Shown: in pieces, positions 1 to 13,450 of the stretch | Numbering within the stretch: the stretch's first letter is position 1 | How the letters are laid out: each line of letters begins with the position of its first letter | Assembly (NCBI GenBank): GCA_002269645.1 | Contig: NIVC01000085.1 | Coordinates: 1,046,312 to 1,110,311 of the forward strand | Source: Macrostomum lignano | Taxonomy: Eukaryota | DNA length: 64,000 bases | Reading direction: 5' to 3' | The notes under the pieces: generated by a model | Told to the model about the DNA's origin: nothing | Seen by the model: only the letters and a program-made list of their open reading frames with translations | Databases searched by the model: none | Program-made: the position numbers and the translations under genes

Positions 1-250
1 CTTCTCGCTCCATCTCACTCTCCCTCTCACTCTATCTCACTCTCCCTCTCACTCCATCTCACTCTCCCTCTCGCTCCATCTCATTCTCCCTCTCACTCCA
101 TCTCACTCTCCCTCTCACTCCCTCTCACTCTTCCTCTCGCTCCATCTCACTCTCCCTCTCACTCCATCTCACTCTCCCTCTCACTCCATCTCACTCTCCC
201 TCTCACTCCATCTCACTCTCCCTCTCGCTCCATCTCACGCTCCCTCTCAC
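1..250. repeat. CT-rich ~19-nt tandem repeat (ctcactctccctctcactccat)
   Basis: Directly visible tandem units. Confidence 0.9.
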
Positions 251-885
251 TCAAATGAAATGGCGCCCCACTCAAATGAAATGGCGCCCCACTCAAATGA
301 AATGGCGCCCCACTCAAATGAAATGGCGCCCCACTCAGATGAAATGGCGCCCACTCAAATGAAATGGCGCCCCACTCAAATGAAATGGCGCCCCACTCAG
401 ATGAAATGGCGCCCACTCAAATGAAATGGTGCCCCACTCAAATGAAACGGCGCCCCACTCAAATGAAATGGCGCCCCACTCAAATGAAATGGCGCCCCAC
501 TCAAATGAAATGGCGCCCCACTCAGATGAAATGGCGCCCACTCAAATGAAATGGTGCCCCACTCAAATGAAACGGCGCCCCACTCAGATGAAACGGCGCC
601 CCACTCAAATGAAATGGCGCCCCACTCAAATGAAATGGCGCCCCACTCAAATGAAATGGCGCCCCACTCAAATGAAATGGCGCCCCACTCAAATGAAATG
701 GCGCCCCACTCAGATGAAATGGCGCCCACTCAAATGAAATGGTGCCCCACTCAAATGAAACGGCGCCCCACTCAGATGAAACGGCGCCCCACTCAAATGA
801 AATGGCGCCCCACTCAAATGAAATGGCGCCCCACTCAAATGAAATGGCGCCCCACTCAAATGAAATGGCGCCCCACTCAGATGAA
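250..885. repeat. 19-20-nt minisatellite cactcaaatgaaatggcgccc(c)
   Basis: About 30 near-identical units; source of the spurious WGAISFE/MAPHSNE ORFs. Confidence 0.95.
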
Positions 886-1483
886 AGACCCTGGCTTCGC
901 TCGGATATTTTGCCCCTTAATCTCCATGTTTTCATTGTCTGTGGATTTATTTTGCATCTTTAAACCCAGCTTTATTGGGCAATTCCCCATCTCCCTCTCC
1001 TCCTTCTCTACTCAGGGGCGGCAGCTGCAGAGCGGCAGTCCGCTACACCTCCTTCGCTGCTCCCGAACAAAAATCTATTTTTCAGCGCCAGATTTTTTTC
1101 AAAAGGGGAAATTTCATTTCCTGAACCGCTGGGAGAAGGCTCGACTCGACCTTCGAGGCCTCGAGATCCCAGCGGCACGAAATGGGACGAGGAGACAGAT
1201 GAAGCAGATTAAGACTGATGAAGCTGCTAGCGGCGGCAGGATTCTGGGCCCGATGCCAGCTCTCTTCATCCTTTACTCTTCCTTCCCGTATTTTCCCAAT
1301 TTTTCCCAGTGCCTCCCCTGTCGGGAGCGGGGTATACATTTTAATTAATATTCAATTGGCGCTCAGCCCCAGTGTGATCAGGGTTTTCATCAAGCCTGGG
1401 AGAGACGCTAGGATGCAGCCTTCCTTTTTTGGTTATTTTAGTTGGCTTGCAGATTTTCTCCTATCTGATTTGAGCACTCGCTA

Positions 1484-1606
1484 ATGAGCTGGCAAATGAG
1501 CTGAAAAATGAGCTGTCAAATGAGCTGTTAAATGAGCTATTGAATGAGCTGTCAAATGAGCTGGCAAATGAGCTGGCAAATGAGCTGGCAAATGAGCTGG
1601 CAAATT
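1484..1606. repeat. 11-nt repeat aaatgagctg(g/t)c
   Basis: Visible tandem units. Confidence 0.85.
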
Positions 1607-1734
1607 ATGGGTCTGAATAACGATTTAATCCAACCACGACAGAGCAGTTAACAAACTCTAAATTGAGCATCTAGTTCTAGTTCTCAAATAATTTGGTTTA
1701 AATAAAACCATAGGTTAAAATACCTGTTTGAAGA

Positions 1735-2215
1735 CACCGGTAAAAATTCCCGGTTCAAAACACACAGGCGAAAATACCCGATTCAAAACACACAGGTGAA
1801 AATACCCGGTTCAAAACACACAGGCGAAAATACCCGATTCAAAACACACAGGTGAAAATACCCGGTTCAATATACACAGGTGAAAATACCCGGTTCAATA
1901 TACACAGGTGAAAATACCCGGTTCAAAACACACAGGCGAAAATACCCGATTCAAAACACACAGGTGAAAATACCCGGTTCAAAACACACAGGTGAAAATA
2001 CACGGTTCAAAACACACAGGTGAAAATACCCGGTTCAAAACACACAGGTGAAAATACCCGGTTCAAAACACACAGGCGAAAATACCCGATTCAAAATACA
2101 CTGTACACAGGTGAAAATACCCGGTTCAATATACACAGGTGAAAATACCCGGTTCAAAACACACAGGCGAAAATACCCGGTTCAAAACACACAGGTGAAA
2201 ATACCCGGTTCAAAA
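1735..2215. repeat. 28-nt minisatellite cacacaggtgaaaatacccggttcaaaa
   Basis: Visible tandem units. Confidence 0.9.
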
Positions 2216-3229
2216 CGAGAGATCGCCAAACAGAGCTTAATAAACAAGATGGCAGATTTAATCAATAATTTTCAGACACGTCTCAACAAACCAGAGCCGG
2301 GGCAGTCGCAGGAATGCTAATGAAGCACCTGTTGCCGCTTGCTGTGAGGATTTGCGACTGCTAACAATCACAAGCAGGCTTTAATCCCATCTCACCCGCT
2401 GACAGCCCAGCCATCTGTGCTGGGAATTGCAAACGAGTTCATTTATTCTCTGCCATAAATATATTTAAGTCACGGAAAATATTCGGCATGACCCGATGAG
2501 CCTCTTGTTTAGGGATTTCTCCCTTATTTCCAGGTGATAAAAGACGCACGAGAGACAGGGGAGACGCAGTTCGTGTCCCGGATTGAATTTGGCCACTTGC
2601 TCTTCTGTCTCCATCCTGCCGAGTAGGAAACGTGTGAAATACTCACTGTCAGCCCTAAGAAAAAAAAAGTTTTTAAGCTACGATTTTCCAGCCTCAGCAA
2701 TATCTCCCTGGGCTAGCTGCTCCGCTCAGCCTGAGCTGTCCTCAGCAGCTCCCAGTGAGAAGATGCATTAGGGACCCCCCCTGTGACCCCCATTGGCAAA
2801 TATTTGCCCTGCCCCATCTTCCACTTTAGTCTGGGAAAAAGAAAAACTCCTCTGACTTCGTTTTGGCTGCTGGTGAAACTGCGGAAGGCTCTCAGTCATA
2901 TTCTGTCCGCCCCATCAGTGCTGCTCAGAGCTTCTGCGGCTTCAGGGGCCGTCTGCCGGCCAGTTCTCACAGCTGCCTCTGCAAGATTATCTGGCAAATC
3001 AACCTTTAGTTGAAAGCGATAAGAAATCCGCCAGGATGCCAGGTGAATTTCGACAGCTGCTGAAATTTAGCACTGCACAGCTCTGAGGCAGCTGGGGCTT
3101 CCGGCATCTCAACAGCTGCGGAGTCCGGGGATGCTCTTGAACTCGGATTTACAGCCCTCTGGTCTGCTCAAAACACCTGCTAGTGATAACTTGTACCTTA
3201 GCACCATTGTCGCGGTTCCTATCCGTCCC

Positions 3230-3255
3230 CTCTCTCCCCTCTCCCCTCTAACCTC

Positions 3256-3300
<45 letters not shown>

Positions 3301-3870
3301 TCTATCCTTTCGCCTCGCTCCAACTCTCCCCTCTCCCCTCTTACCTTTCCCCTCTCCCCTCTCCCCTCTCCCCTCTTACCTTTCCCCTCTCCCCTCTCTC
3401 CTCTCCCCTCTTACCTTTCCCCTCTCCCCTCTCTCCTCTCCCCTCTTACCTTTCCCCTCTCCCCTCTCTCCTCTCCCTCTCCCCTCTTACCTTTCCCCTC
3501 TCCCCTCTCTCCTCTCCCCTCTCTCCTCTCTCCTCTCCCCTCTCCCCTCTTACCTTTTCCCTCTCCCCTCTCCCCTCTCCCCTCTTACCTTTCCACTCTC
3601 CCCTCTCCCCTCTTACCTTTCCCCTCTCCTCTCTCCTCTCCCCTCTACCTTTCCCCTCTCATCTCTCCCCTCTCCCCTCTCCCCTCTTACCTTTCCCCTC
3701 TCCCCTCTTACCTTTCCCCTCTCCCCTCTTACCTTTCCCCTCTCCCCTCTTACCTTTCCCCTCTCCCCTCTTACCTTTCCCTCTCCCTCTCCCCTCTCCC
3801 CTCTCCCCTCTCCCCTCTCCCCCTCTCTCTCCTTCCTCTCGCCTCGCTCCAACTCTTCCTCTCTACCCAC
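3230..3870. repeat. Polypyrimidine (ctcccct/cttacctttccc) low-complexity tract
   Basis: Visible; gives PLSPL-type spurious ORFs. Confidence 0.9.
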
Positions 3871-4362
3871 TCGCAGCCTCTTTTTTACCTCCTCTTCAAC
3901 TCTAGTAATTTTGACTATGTCCTCATCGCATTCACCAATATTTTGCCAATTCACTAAATTAATTTCATAAGAAAAAAGCATCTTTGACATTCTAAGAAAA
4001 CCCCAGCTAATTATTTTAATTAACAAATTTTCTCTAATCACGCTAAAACGCGCAGTAATCATTCTTTCATTGTCAGATGCTTACATTGTCAGATGGAACA
4101 AAGAATTTTTTATTACTCAAGATTGAATTGCGAGAATTCTAGCTGGGAGCCTTGTTTCAGTATCTGTGATGGCAGATTTAATTGAATTTTTTCACTTTTC
4201 TCGATTAGGAAAACTGCCACGCCCAGAGCAGGGAATTTGATGAAAGCTTAAATTAATGAATTGTAACTGCATGTCATAACCACGATACAAGACATTGCAG
4301 CTCAAGCATAACGGCCTTGTTCCATTTAATTTTTTGCTTGCAGCAACAAAGCAATTAGGTGA

Positions 4363-4994
4363 ATCCTAGATCCCAGATCCTAGATCCCAGATCCTAGATC
4401 CCAGATCCTAGATCCCAGATCCTAGATCCCAGATCCTAGATCCCAGATCCTAGATCCCAGATCCTAGATCCCAGATCCTAGATCCCAGATCCTAGATCCC
4501 AGATCCTAGATCCCAGATCCTAGATCCCAGATCCTAGATCCCAGATCCTAGATCCCAGATCCTAGATCCCAGATCCTAGATCCCAGATCCTAGATCCCAG
4601 ATCCTAGATCCCAGATCCTAGATCCCAGATCCTAGATCCCAGATCCTAGATCCCAGATCCTAGATCCCAGATCCTAGATCCCAGATCCTAGATCCCAGAT
4701 CCTAGATCCCAGATCCTAGATCCCAGATCCTAGATCCCAGATCCTAGATCCCAGATCCTAGATCCCAGATCCTAGATCCCAGATCCTAGATCCCAGATCC
4801 TAGATCCCAGATCCTAGATCCCAGATCCTAGATCCCAGATCCTAGATCCCAGATCCTAGATCCCAGATCCTAGATCCCAGATCCTAGATCCCAGATCCTA
4901 GATCCCAGATCCTAGATCCCAGATCCTAGATCCCAGATCCTAGATCCCAGATCCTAGATCCCAGATCCTAGATCCCAGATCCTAGATCCCAGAT
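4363..4994. repeat. 14-nt array CCTAGATCCCAGAT (alternating 7-mers), about 45 copies
   Basis: Strict alternation of CCTAGAT and CCCAGAT. Confidence 0.95.
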
Positions 4995-5260
4995 TTTAGA
5001 CTGGTAATATCTCCTTATCTTTTTCGTTGATTAATACGAGTAAGTAAAGAAGTTGGTTTGCCAGATTTCAGTGCTCTCTCTAGCTGCTTTTGTAGCAGCC
5101 AGCGGCTTTAATTTTTATAGAAAAGCTCATTTCCTGTTTTTTTACTGGGTCTCCTTTTATAAAAAATTATTAGGCCAAAAATGAGGCTGGTAAGATGCGT
5201 ACGCACCTGTAGGTTTGGGTATGCATTCAACTAATACGGGGTCACCCACGAATGTACGTC

Positions 5261-6005
<745 letters not shown>

Positions 6006-7059
6006 CATCAGGACTGTAGGTGTAATATACTCGTACAGGACCGAGAATTAGAGATATCTAGGATGAAGGAGGAGAGAATCTGAGATGAAGGAAGACTCTG
6101 GGAGAAGACAGGACAGAATAGAACACCGGAAGGAATCTGAGATGCAAGCAGAGACAATGAAGGCCGCAAGCAGGACTCAGTAAAACCAGGAAGTCATTGC
6201 TAGACACGGCAGAGGTATTAATTTTACAATGAGATTAAAGCAGGCTCCCCCAAGGTGACTCGGATGGCAATTTCTGCTTGGCAAAGCTGAAACGAGAAGC
6301 AGAATTTGTTTGAATCCTTTTGAAACCCAAGCCAGCCAGGATCCCCTCTGCCTTAAAAAAGCCGCCAGCCCACTTTATCCAGTGCGCAGCGTCAGGTGCC
6401 CAAAACGAGCATCGGAGAAGACAGAAATACATCATCAGGCGAGGCTCATTGCGCTGAATTTCAGCTTCTGACGGCTGACTCGCCTGCCTGACTCGGTCGG
6501 GGCCGGTTCCGGGGGAACTGATTGAGACCCGATCTGCAGGCAGGTGAAAGCTGAGCAGCATTCTGCTTTCTGCTCAGCACTGCCCTCCCCTTTCCAGCCT
6601 CCCAAGGCGCATTAATTTTAATTTCCTACTGAAAAGCTCGCGTCTCGGCTGCTGCAGTCTTCATTTTCCACTCTGCCTGTCGTTTTGTTCTCGCTGGTCT
6701 TTCTGGTTCAAAGGGTCAATAATAATAATAATAATAGTAGTAATAATCATATTAATTGCAGGAGGACAGTTGGAACCATGGCGCAACATCTCCGGCGAAA
6801 TCCTCCAACAACCAACGCTCATTCTGCTGATCCTCACGGCTCTGAATCACAAGAAAAACCTCAACTTAATCTGGCCTCTCACGGGATCAGGGGTCGTGTG
6901 GAGCAAGAGTCGGGCGCCTTTACCGCCAAAGCTGCTCTGCCAAAGGCTTCTGATGAATGTTTTGTTGCTATGTGAGTTTGTTTTCTTTTTTCTTGGGTTC
7001 TGCTTCGTGCTTATAATTTCAGCCCTATTTCAGCTATTTTCTCCACCTTTTCTTCCCTC

Positions 7060-7380
7060 TCTTCTCAACTCACTCCTCTCTCCTCCCTCTTCTCTCCTCC
7101 CTACTCTCAGTTTCTCCTCTCCTCTCTCCTCCCCACTCTCCTCTCTCCTTTCCTCTCTGCTCCCCTCTCTCCCCTCTCTTCTCAACTCTCTTATCAACTC
7201 TCTCCTCTCTCCTCTCCTTTCTCCTCCCCTCTCTCCTCCTCTCTCTTCTCCCCTCTCTCCCCTCTCTTTTCAACTCTCTCCTCTCTCCTCTCCTTTCTCC
7301 TCTCCTCTCCCCTCCCCTCTCTTCTCCCCTCTCTTCTCTCTTTTTCTCTCTCTCCTCTCCCCTCCTCTCCTCCCCTTTAT
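7060..7380. repeat. CT-rich low-complexity tract
   Basis: Visible. Confidence 0.85.
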
Positions 7381-7979
7381 CAATCTTATCCCTCAACAAT
7401 TGGAACAAAACATTCCGTTTCTGAAGTCAAGACGGCACACCGAGTTCTAAGCCAGTTTCACCTGTAGTTCACTTTTTTTATGTCTATATCAAATCGCATT
7501 TTTCAAAAATTATTCCACTCACATCAACCTGCCAAGTTGCATTACGGGCGATGCATTGACAAAAATGATTTGGAATTTATTCACCAACACAGATAGATAA
7601 AGAAAGTAGACAGGGAGGCTGAGAATGGCAGTGAGGGATGGCCTCATCCGCTGAGCTCACCGCGCCCCTCTCCCCGTGACCGTCCTGTAGGCAGCCGCAG
7701 CGGAAGTCACCCGTCAGAGGCTTTAAGAGAGGAACTGCGGGGAGAGGATCTGCCCGAGCTCATCCACCCAGCTCCCTGGCCGGCTGGGTGAGTCCAGTCT
7801 GTGTGTGTTTGTGTGCTTCTACTGTCATCGGGGCCGGCTGGGTTGCCTCTTCTTTGAACTCTCTGATATTTTATTACCTTTTGCTGCCACCTTTGCTTGT
7901 TTGAAGCAAAGAAAATTGAATTCGGCTTGAAGTGAAACACTGGCTGGTCTGTGTAACAGGTGACACACTAGACAAACAG

Positions 7980-8470
7980 GTGTCTAACAGGTGAGACTTC
8001 TGTCTAACAGGTGAGACTCCTGTCTAACAGGTGAGACTTCAGTCTAACAGGTGAGACTCCTGTCTAACAGGTGAGACTCCTGTCTAACAGGTGAGACTTC
8101 TGTCTAACAGGTAAGACTCCTGTCTAACAGCTGACACCCTAGTCTAACAGGTTAGACTTCTGTCTAACAGTTGAGACTTCTATTTAACAGGTGAGACTTC
8201 TGTCTAACAGGTGAGACTTCTGTCTAACAGGTGAGACTTCAATCTTACAAGTGGGACTTCTGTCTAACAGGTGAGACTTCAATCTTACAAGTGGGACTTC
8301 TGTCTAACAGGTGAGACTTCAATCTTACAGGTGAGACTTCTGTCTAACAGGTGAGACTTCTGTCTAACAGTTGAGACTTCTGTCTAACAGGTGAGACTTC
8401 TATCTAACAGGTGAGACTTCTGTCTAACAGGTGAGACTCCTGTCTAACAGGTAACACACTAATTTAACAG
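7980..8470. repeat. 20-nt minisatellite tgtctaacaggtgagacttc
   Basis: Visible tandem units. Confidence 0.9.
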
Positions 8471-8784
8471 GTGATACACTACACTGTATTCAGCTTTAAA
8501 CAACCAGTTTAAGTAACATTTTGAAAGAGAAAGCATGACAAAGCGCTCAGCCCTCCGGATTAGGTGCTGCAAAAACAGCTCATGTTTTCCACACCTATAA
8601 AAGCCTATGAGTAAAAAAACGTTGCTTTTTCAAATTCACAAAAGCATGCTGGCATCAAATTCGATGCACTTTGAGTACTTAGGCATAATCTCTATGTCTA
8701 GCATGCATTCATGAGAACACTGATACAGAGAAACAAAAATAGATACTGGTTTACGATTTCGAATTAAGAACTTCGACAACTCAC

Positions 8785-8995
8785 CTTTGTGAACGCCAGT
8801 GAACTTGTCCTTGAGCACGGTCAGCTCCAGGATCGCGCCGAACTCCTCAAACAGCGGTCGCAGATCGTCCTCCTCCATGGACCGGGGGATCTGGCCGACG
8901 AACAGCTTGATGCGTTCCCCCGACTTGCCGCCTCCCGTGGCGGCGGAGGCCACCGCGAGTTCCTGTCCGTTCGATGTGCTCACCCCGCTTACCAT
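8785..8995 (-). CDS. CELF: First coding exon of a CELF/Bruno-like (CELF3-6/unc-75 type) RRM protein
   Basis: MVSG...[42 protein letters not shown] matches CELF RRM1; phase-1 donor AAAG|GTGAGT at 8784. First in-frame ATG is 8995 (the ORF-track start at 9091 is GTG). Downstream exons not identified. Confidence 0.85.
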
Positions 8996-10969
8996 GGCTG
9001 GATGTCGGTGAGTCAGTCGGAATCCGGGTGCGATATCGGCAGGTGCAACGAGGTACTGCTGCTGCTGGTGCAGTGCTGGATAAGCTTCCACTTGTGCCGG
9101 CCAACTGAATTGCGCCCAACCCGACTGAGCAATGACTGCTGATTGGCGATGGAGCTGAATTTTCGAAAGGATTTTATTAAACCGGTTTGCTAAGCGAGTA
9201 CTTGACCGACCAGCTGGTTGTAGCGAGGCTTAGCCTGGAGCGATAGGCTTAAGGCCGCCTTGAAACAACAGTTTATTGTCGTCTGAGACGCCACCGGGTG
9301 AGCTCTCAGAACTGATCTGTCCTGATTGGATGCTGAGGTTCTCGGCAAGCGAATGGAAAGGATGAGGAGCTGAGGAGAGGCCTCTGATTATGATCATCCC
9401 ACTCCAAGCCCACCGCCTCACCGCCCCATCAGCAGCAGGTTTTTCTCCGATTTGCGTGTCAGTCGTTAGTCAATACAAACCAATCTGACAGTGTTTCAAT
9501 GTTAAATTAATTCGCTAATCTGAACCTTGGATGGCCGTCACCACGAAGGTCTCTCGTATCTTTTTTGCCATTCTTTTATCCATAAAGACGTCTTATTAAA
9601 TCTTTAATATCTCAAAAATCTTTCACAATATCTCTGACAGTTTGTCACTCTTCAGGTTGACGAGAAAAGGAAACGGATATGTTAATTCAGATAGAAAAAG
9701 CAAAAACTGCAGTTTATTGTGTGAAAAGAATTATTAACAATAATTTGCCTGCTTATAGCGCTTGTCTGTGCACACGTTTCATAGAAGTATTTTTTGTTTG
9801 AAAATTAAAAAAAACAAATCCTAATTAAGGCAAACAAACGATATGGGAAAATCAGCCTGTTTGGATCTCGTAAAACTCTCATGCAAAAAACCTCTGAAAA
9901 AGGGATATGAAATAGTAGAAACGTTCATCTATTACAAAAAGGGCCGAGTCAGAACTATCAGAAAAAAACAATCGTGTCTTGATAATTCGAGTCTTTTAGT
10001 AAGAGTTTCATTGATAATGTCCTGCCTTGATTTGCTACCAACAGGAAAATCTGGGAGTAGGGAACACTCAGAAGTTTCATTCTCACAGCCAAAAATCCTC
10101 TCTACATGTATATCTTGGTCACTACGAAAAACTGACTTTTGAAAAGCAAACAACATGGGTTGAAATCGTATAGAACGGAGCACAGGCTTTCTAAAAGACG
10201 TATTTTTTCAACATAGAGAGAAAAATAGATTTAATTTTGTTTTACTTTCTGTCTGATTATAAATTTGTTCCGCTTGAACGCGTCTGCAGGCGCTGGGGGG
10301 CATCAGGCGGCGTACGAGTCCTGAGGCCGCCAGACCTCCTTTGACTTGCCGCCCGGTTTGGCCAGAGCCGGCTCGCGTTTTGAGTACCTGAAATTGGGGG
10401 CAGCTGCTCGTTATAAATTTCTGCTTCTGCTATCTGCTCAAACAGCGCCGCAGTTAATTGGCGAGGAAATCGGGGGAAAAGATTCTTTTTGATCCGCAGC
10501 CTTGGGTGCAGATTTTGCTACGGAGCAACCAATGCAATATTTCATGATTAGCAGTCACTTGCCACCTGCTAATTTTTGCTCCCCCTAGAAGACAAATTCA
10601 GATTCTGTATAATTCTAGTTGATAAGGCCCAAATTTATGCTTGCAGCTTTTTTGCCTGTTTGATCTGCTGCTTGATGTCGCCAGGTGCCGGCAGCTCAGA
10701 CGCTGGTCTGATTGTTCTAATTAGCCACGTGGGCTGGAAGATTTTCGGCTGCAGAGGAAAAGACACCCGCTTCAATTTTTTTGCTTCGATGCGAAAATTG
10801 CTATCAAAATTGCTCCGACGATTTTTTGGGAGCATCCCTTGATTCAAAAACGTATATGCCACTTGGAAAGCTTACCATATGCTTTTTTAGCTATCGAAAA
10901 CTGTTGCGTTTGCCATACAAAGGTGGAAAACGGAGATTTAAACTTGCAATTTATAGACTTTACACTCAT

Positions 10970-11348
10970 GCGCAACCTTGGGAATCACTCGGCCGTTCCT
11001 ATTGGCAACACACACATGTAAGTCGCTATTGGACGGAATAGTAGTCACGTGACTGCTCTTGGCCAATAGCGACGTACATGTGTGTGTTGCCAATAGAAAC
11101 GGCCGAGTGATTCCCAAGGTTGAAAACGGCCTTGGGATTCCCAAGGGGAATATCCCAAAAAAATTCCCAAAAAAATCCCAAAAAAATCCTTGGGATTCCC
11201 AAGGATAGAAACGGCCGTTCCTATTGGCAACACACACATGTAAGTCGCTATTTGGACGGAATAGTAGTCACGTGACTGCTCTTGGCCAATAGCGACTTAC
11301 ATGTGTGTGTTGCCAATAGGAACGGCCGGGTGAATCCGTAGGTTGCGC
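10970..11348. mobile_element. Foldback/MITE-like element made of two tandem ~115-bp palindromes
   Basis: Arms GGCCGTTCCTATTGGCAACACACACATGTAAGTCGCTATTGG and their reverse complement flank a central AGTCACGTGACT, twice; outer ends GCGCAACCT...AGGTTGCGC are inverted. Confidence 0.7.
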
Positions 11349-12203
11349 CCAAGCATGTAGACTTAAACAAGTTTAAACAATCAGGGACTTTTATGTAAAC
11401 TTAAGCTCATGAAGTGGAGTCCCTAATTGTCCCCTTGCCTGTTCTCTGCTATCCCAGGTCCAATTTTTGTTACTTTTTTGCCAAATCCAGCTTCCGTAGC
11501 CAATCTACCGAGGGGTGTCCCAAAAGTTCCCGGAATGTTTGCTCTAGCTCCGATCGGTACCTTGACCAATTTTTACGTTTTATGTGTCAAACTAAAGATA
11601 ATTTTGCAACGAAAAAACTTGTACCAGTGTTAGACAATCTCGAATGTCTGTGGTGTCATTTTTCCGTCATCAATTTTTAGGAATTAGAACCAGTAAAATT
11701 GCTGGTCAGATCTAGTGGTGTCAGCGCTTGCTTAGTCCATACTAAATGCTTGCTTTCGGCTAAAGATTATAAGATGATTCCTCTCTACATCCTTGAGAGT
11801 CAGCGGAGTCAAGTTTTCGCCCTGTGGTCTGCAGGATGGAGTGGAGCCAAAATTGCTAATCATCTTTTCTCAATCCATGGTGAGAAAAGGATTAAGAAAA
11901 AAAGCTATTTACAAATGAATCCAACAGTTCAAGGATGGCCAGTCCACTTTGAATGACCAGCAGCCACGCTCTCGCCGCCTCGACATGGGCGGTCTATTAA
12001 CTTTCATTTCAACGATCGGCACGCGTCAAAATATTTTACTATCTTGTGCTGGCGTTAAAAAATGGGATCTTAGATTGCATCTCAGCAGTGCATCGATCTT
12101 GAGGGTGCCACACCTGACGTCAGCTTGCAGAGGGTTTGCCGTATTTCTATTTTATCGATTTTTTATCCAATGGATAAAGTCATTGGTTTTAAAACAATCG
12201 CTC

Positions 12204-12620
12204 TTACTTCAATTTAGCTCCAGTTTTCGCCTTCTTGTCCGAATTCTTGCCGCCTTTGGCTCCGGCAGCCGCCTTTGCTGGCTTCTGTTGTTGCTGCTGT
12301 TGCTCCTTCTGCTTCGGCTCCTTCTCTTGCCGAGACGTCTTGGCTCCTGCCACGGGTTTCGCCTCAAGCTTCTTCTCAGCCGGGGCCTGCGGCTGCTCCT
12401 CAGGCTGACACTGGGCTTGCTCATGATGGTGACCGTGCAGGTGAGACTCCGATGACTCGGCGTCCTCAATCACGAGGCGGTCGACCCGTTTCGGTCGGTC
12501 GGGATCCTCCGCAATTGGTGGCAGGTGCAAATCCTCGCGAATGTTGGTGGGCTGGAAGACCTCGCCAGTGGGGTCCGCCTGAGTGGAGGGGCCGACAGGT
12601 TTGGTGGGTCTTGAGACGTG
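12204..12620 (-). CDS. TBATA: TBATA/SPATIAL-like protein, exon 4 (last; Lys/Gln/Ala-rich tail)
   Basis: Phase 0 continues exon 3; the acceptor (GAG preceded by CTAAT) is less canonical; stop at 12204-12206. Confidence 0.55.
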   Translation of the reverse strand, partial: HVSRPTKPVGPSTQADPTGEVFQPTNIREDLHLPPIAEDPDRPKRVDRLVIEDAESSESHLHGHHHEQAQCQPEEQPQAPAEKKLEAKPVAGAKTSRQEKEPKQKEQQQQQQKPAKAAAGAKGGKNSDKKAKTGAKLK

Positions 12621-13097
12621 CTCAGATAAATTAGTACAGAGAAGCAGGTTGCATATAGGACACAAATGTATAATCAACACAGTCAACAGTAGCTCTTGAG
12701 CGATGCATCACGTGACAGAATCGAGGCCATAGATTGGTTGAGCTACTGCTAACTGCTAGCTGCTAAGCTTCGTGAAATCGGCCCCTGGCGGGTCATAGCA
12801 GACAAATCAGTTGGTAGAGTTTAGGCAGCATAAACAGACTCGTGAATTCTACTAGTTGTTGAGTGGCACCACACTTAGAGAGCCCAAAAAACTCATAAAC
12901 AAAGCTACATGCAAAATACAGTTTACTAGAATCGTGTGATCACAAAACTTTTCGTCTCGCTCCGCTAGTAGCTTCGCGAGTCCAGGATTGCTCAAATCAA
13001 TTTAGCTCGTACAGATGGTTCAGACCCATTATAAAATTGGTTTGAGCAATCTTTGAACTACAGAGCTACTGGTGGTAACATAGCAGCCGGTCCTCAC

Positions 13098-13450
13098 CTC
13101 GTAGTACGCAGCTTTGTTAGCCACAGCAGATCGGATAACGTCCATGACGAGCGCCTTCTCTCGATCGGAGGCGCTCACCAGCCAAGCCTGGACGGCGTTG
13201 AAATCCTCGGTCTGTAGAATCTGGCAGAGCATGCTGAACACCGCGGACTCGAGGTCCGGTGCGACGCTGATGTGCTCGTAGTTGGACAGCACGTGGGCCG
13301 GCGTGGAACGACGGGATGAGCGCAGCGGACGACGCGACATTGCGCGTGACGGTGGCGGAATCAGCCGCCCGGTCTGTCGACTGTACATCGGCCTGGCCGT
13401 CTGTGACTGCTCCGGCTGCTGCTGGCGGGCTGGGTCAGGATAGGTGGCCT
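13098..13450 (-). CDS. TBATA: TBATA/SPATIAL-like protein, exon 3
   Basis: YSRQTGRLIP and LCQILQTEDFNAVQAWLVSASDREKALV match TBATA motifs; CCGCAG acceptor, GAG|GTGAGG donor, phases compatible. Confidence 0.8.

Noticed and set aside
213-963. ORFs with WGAISFE / MAPHSNE / PTQMKW repeats
   Set aside because: Translations of a 19-20-nt minisatellite that is open in several frames on both strands.
6779-6971. Possible exon MAQHLRRNPP... with a GTGAGT donor
   Set aside because: No recognisable homology or partner exon.
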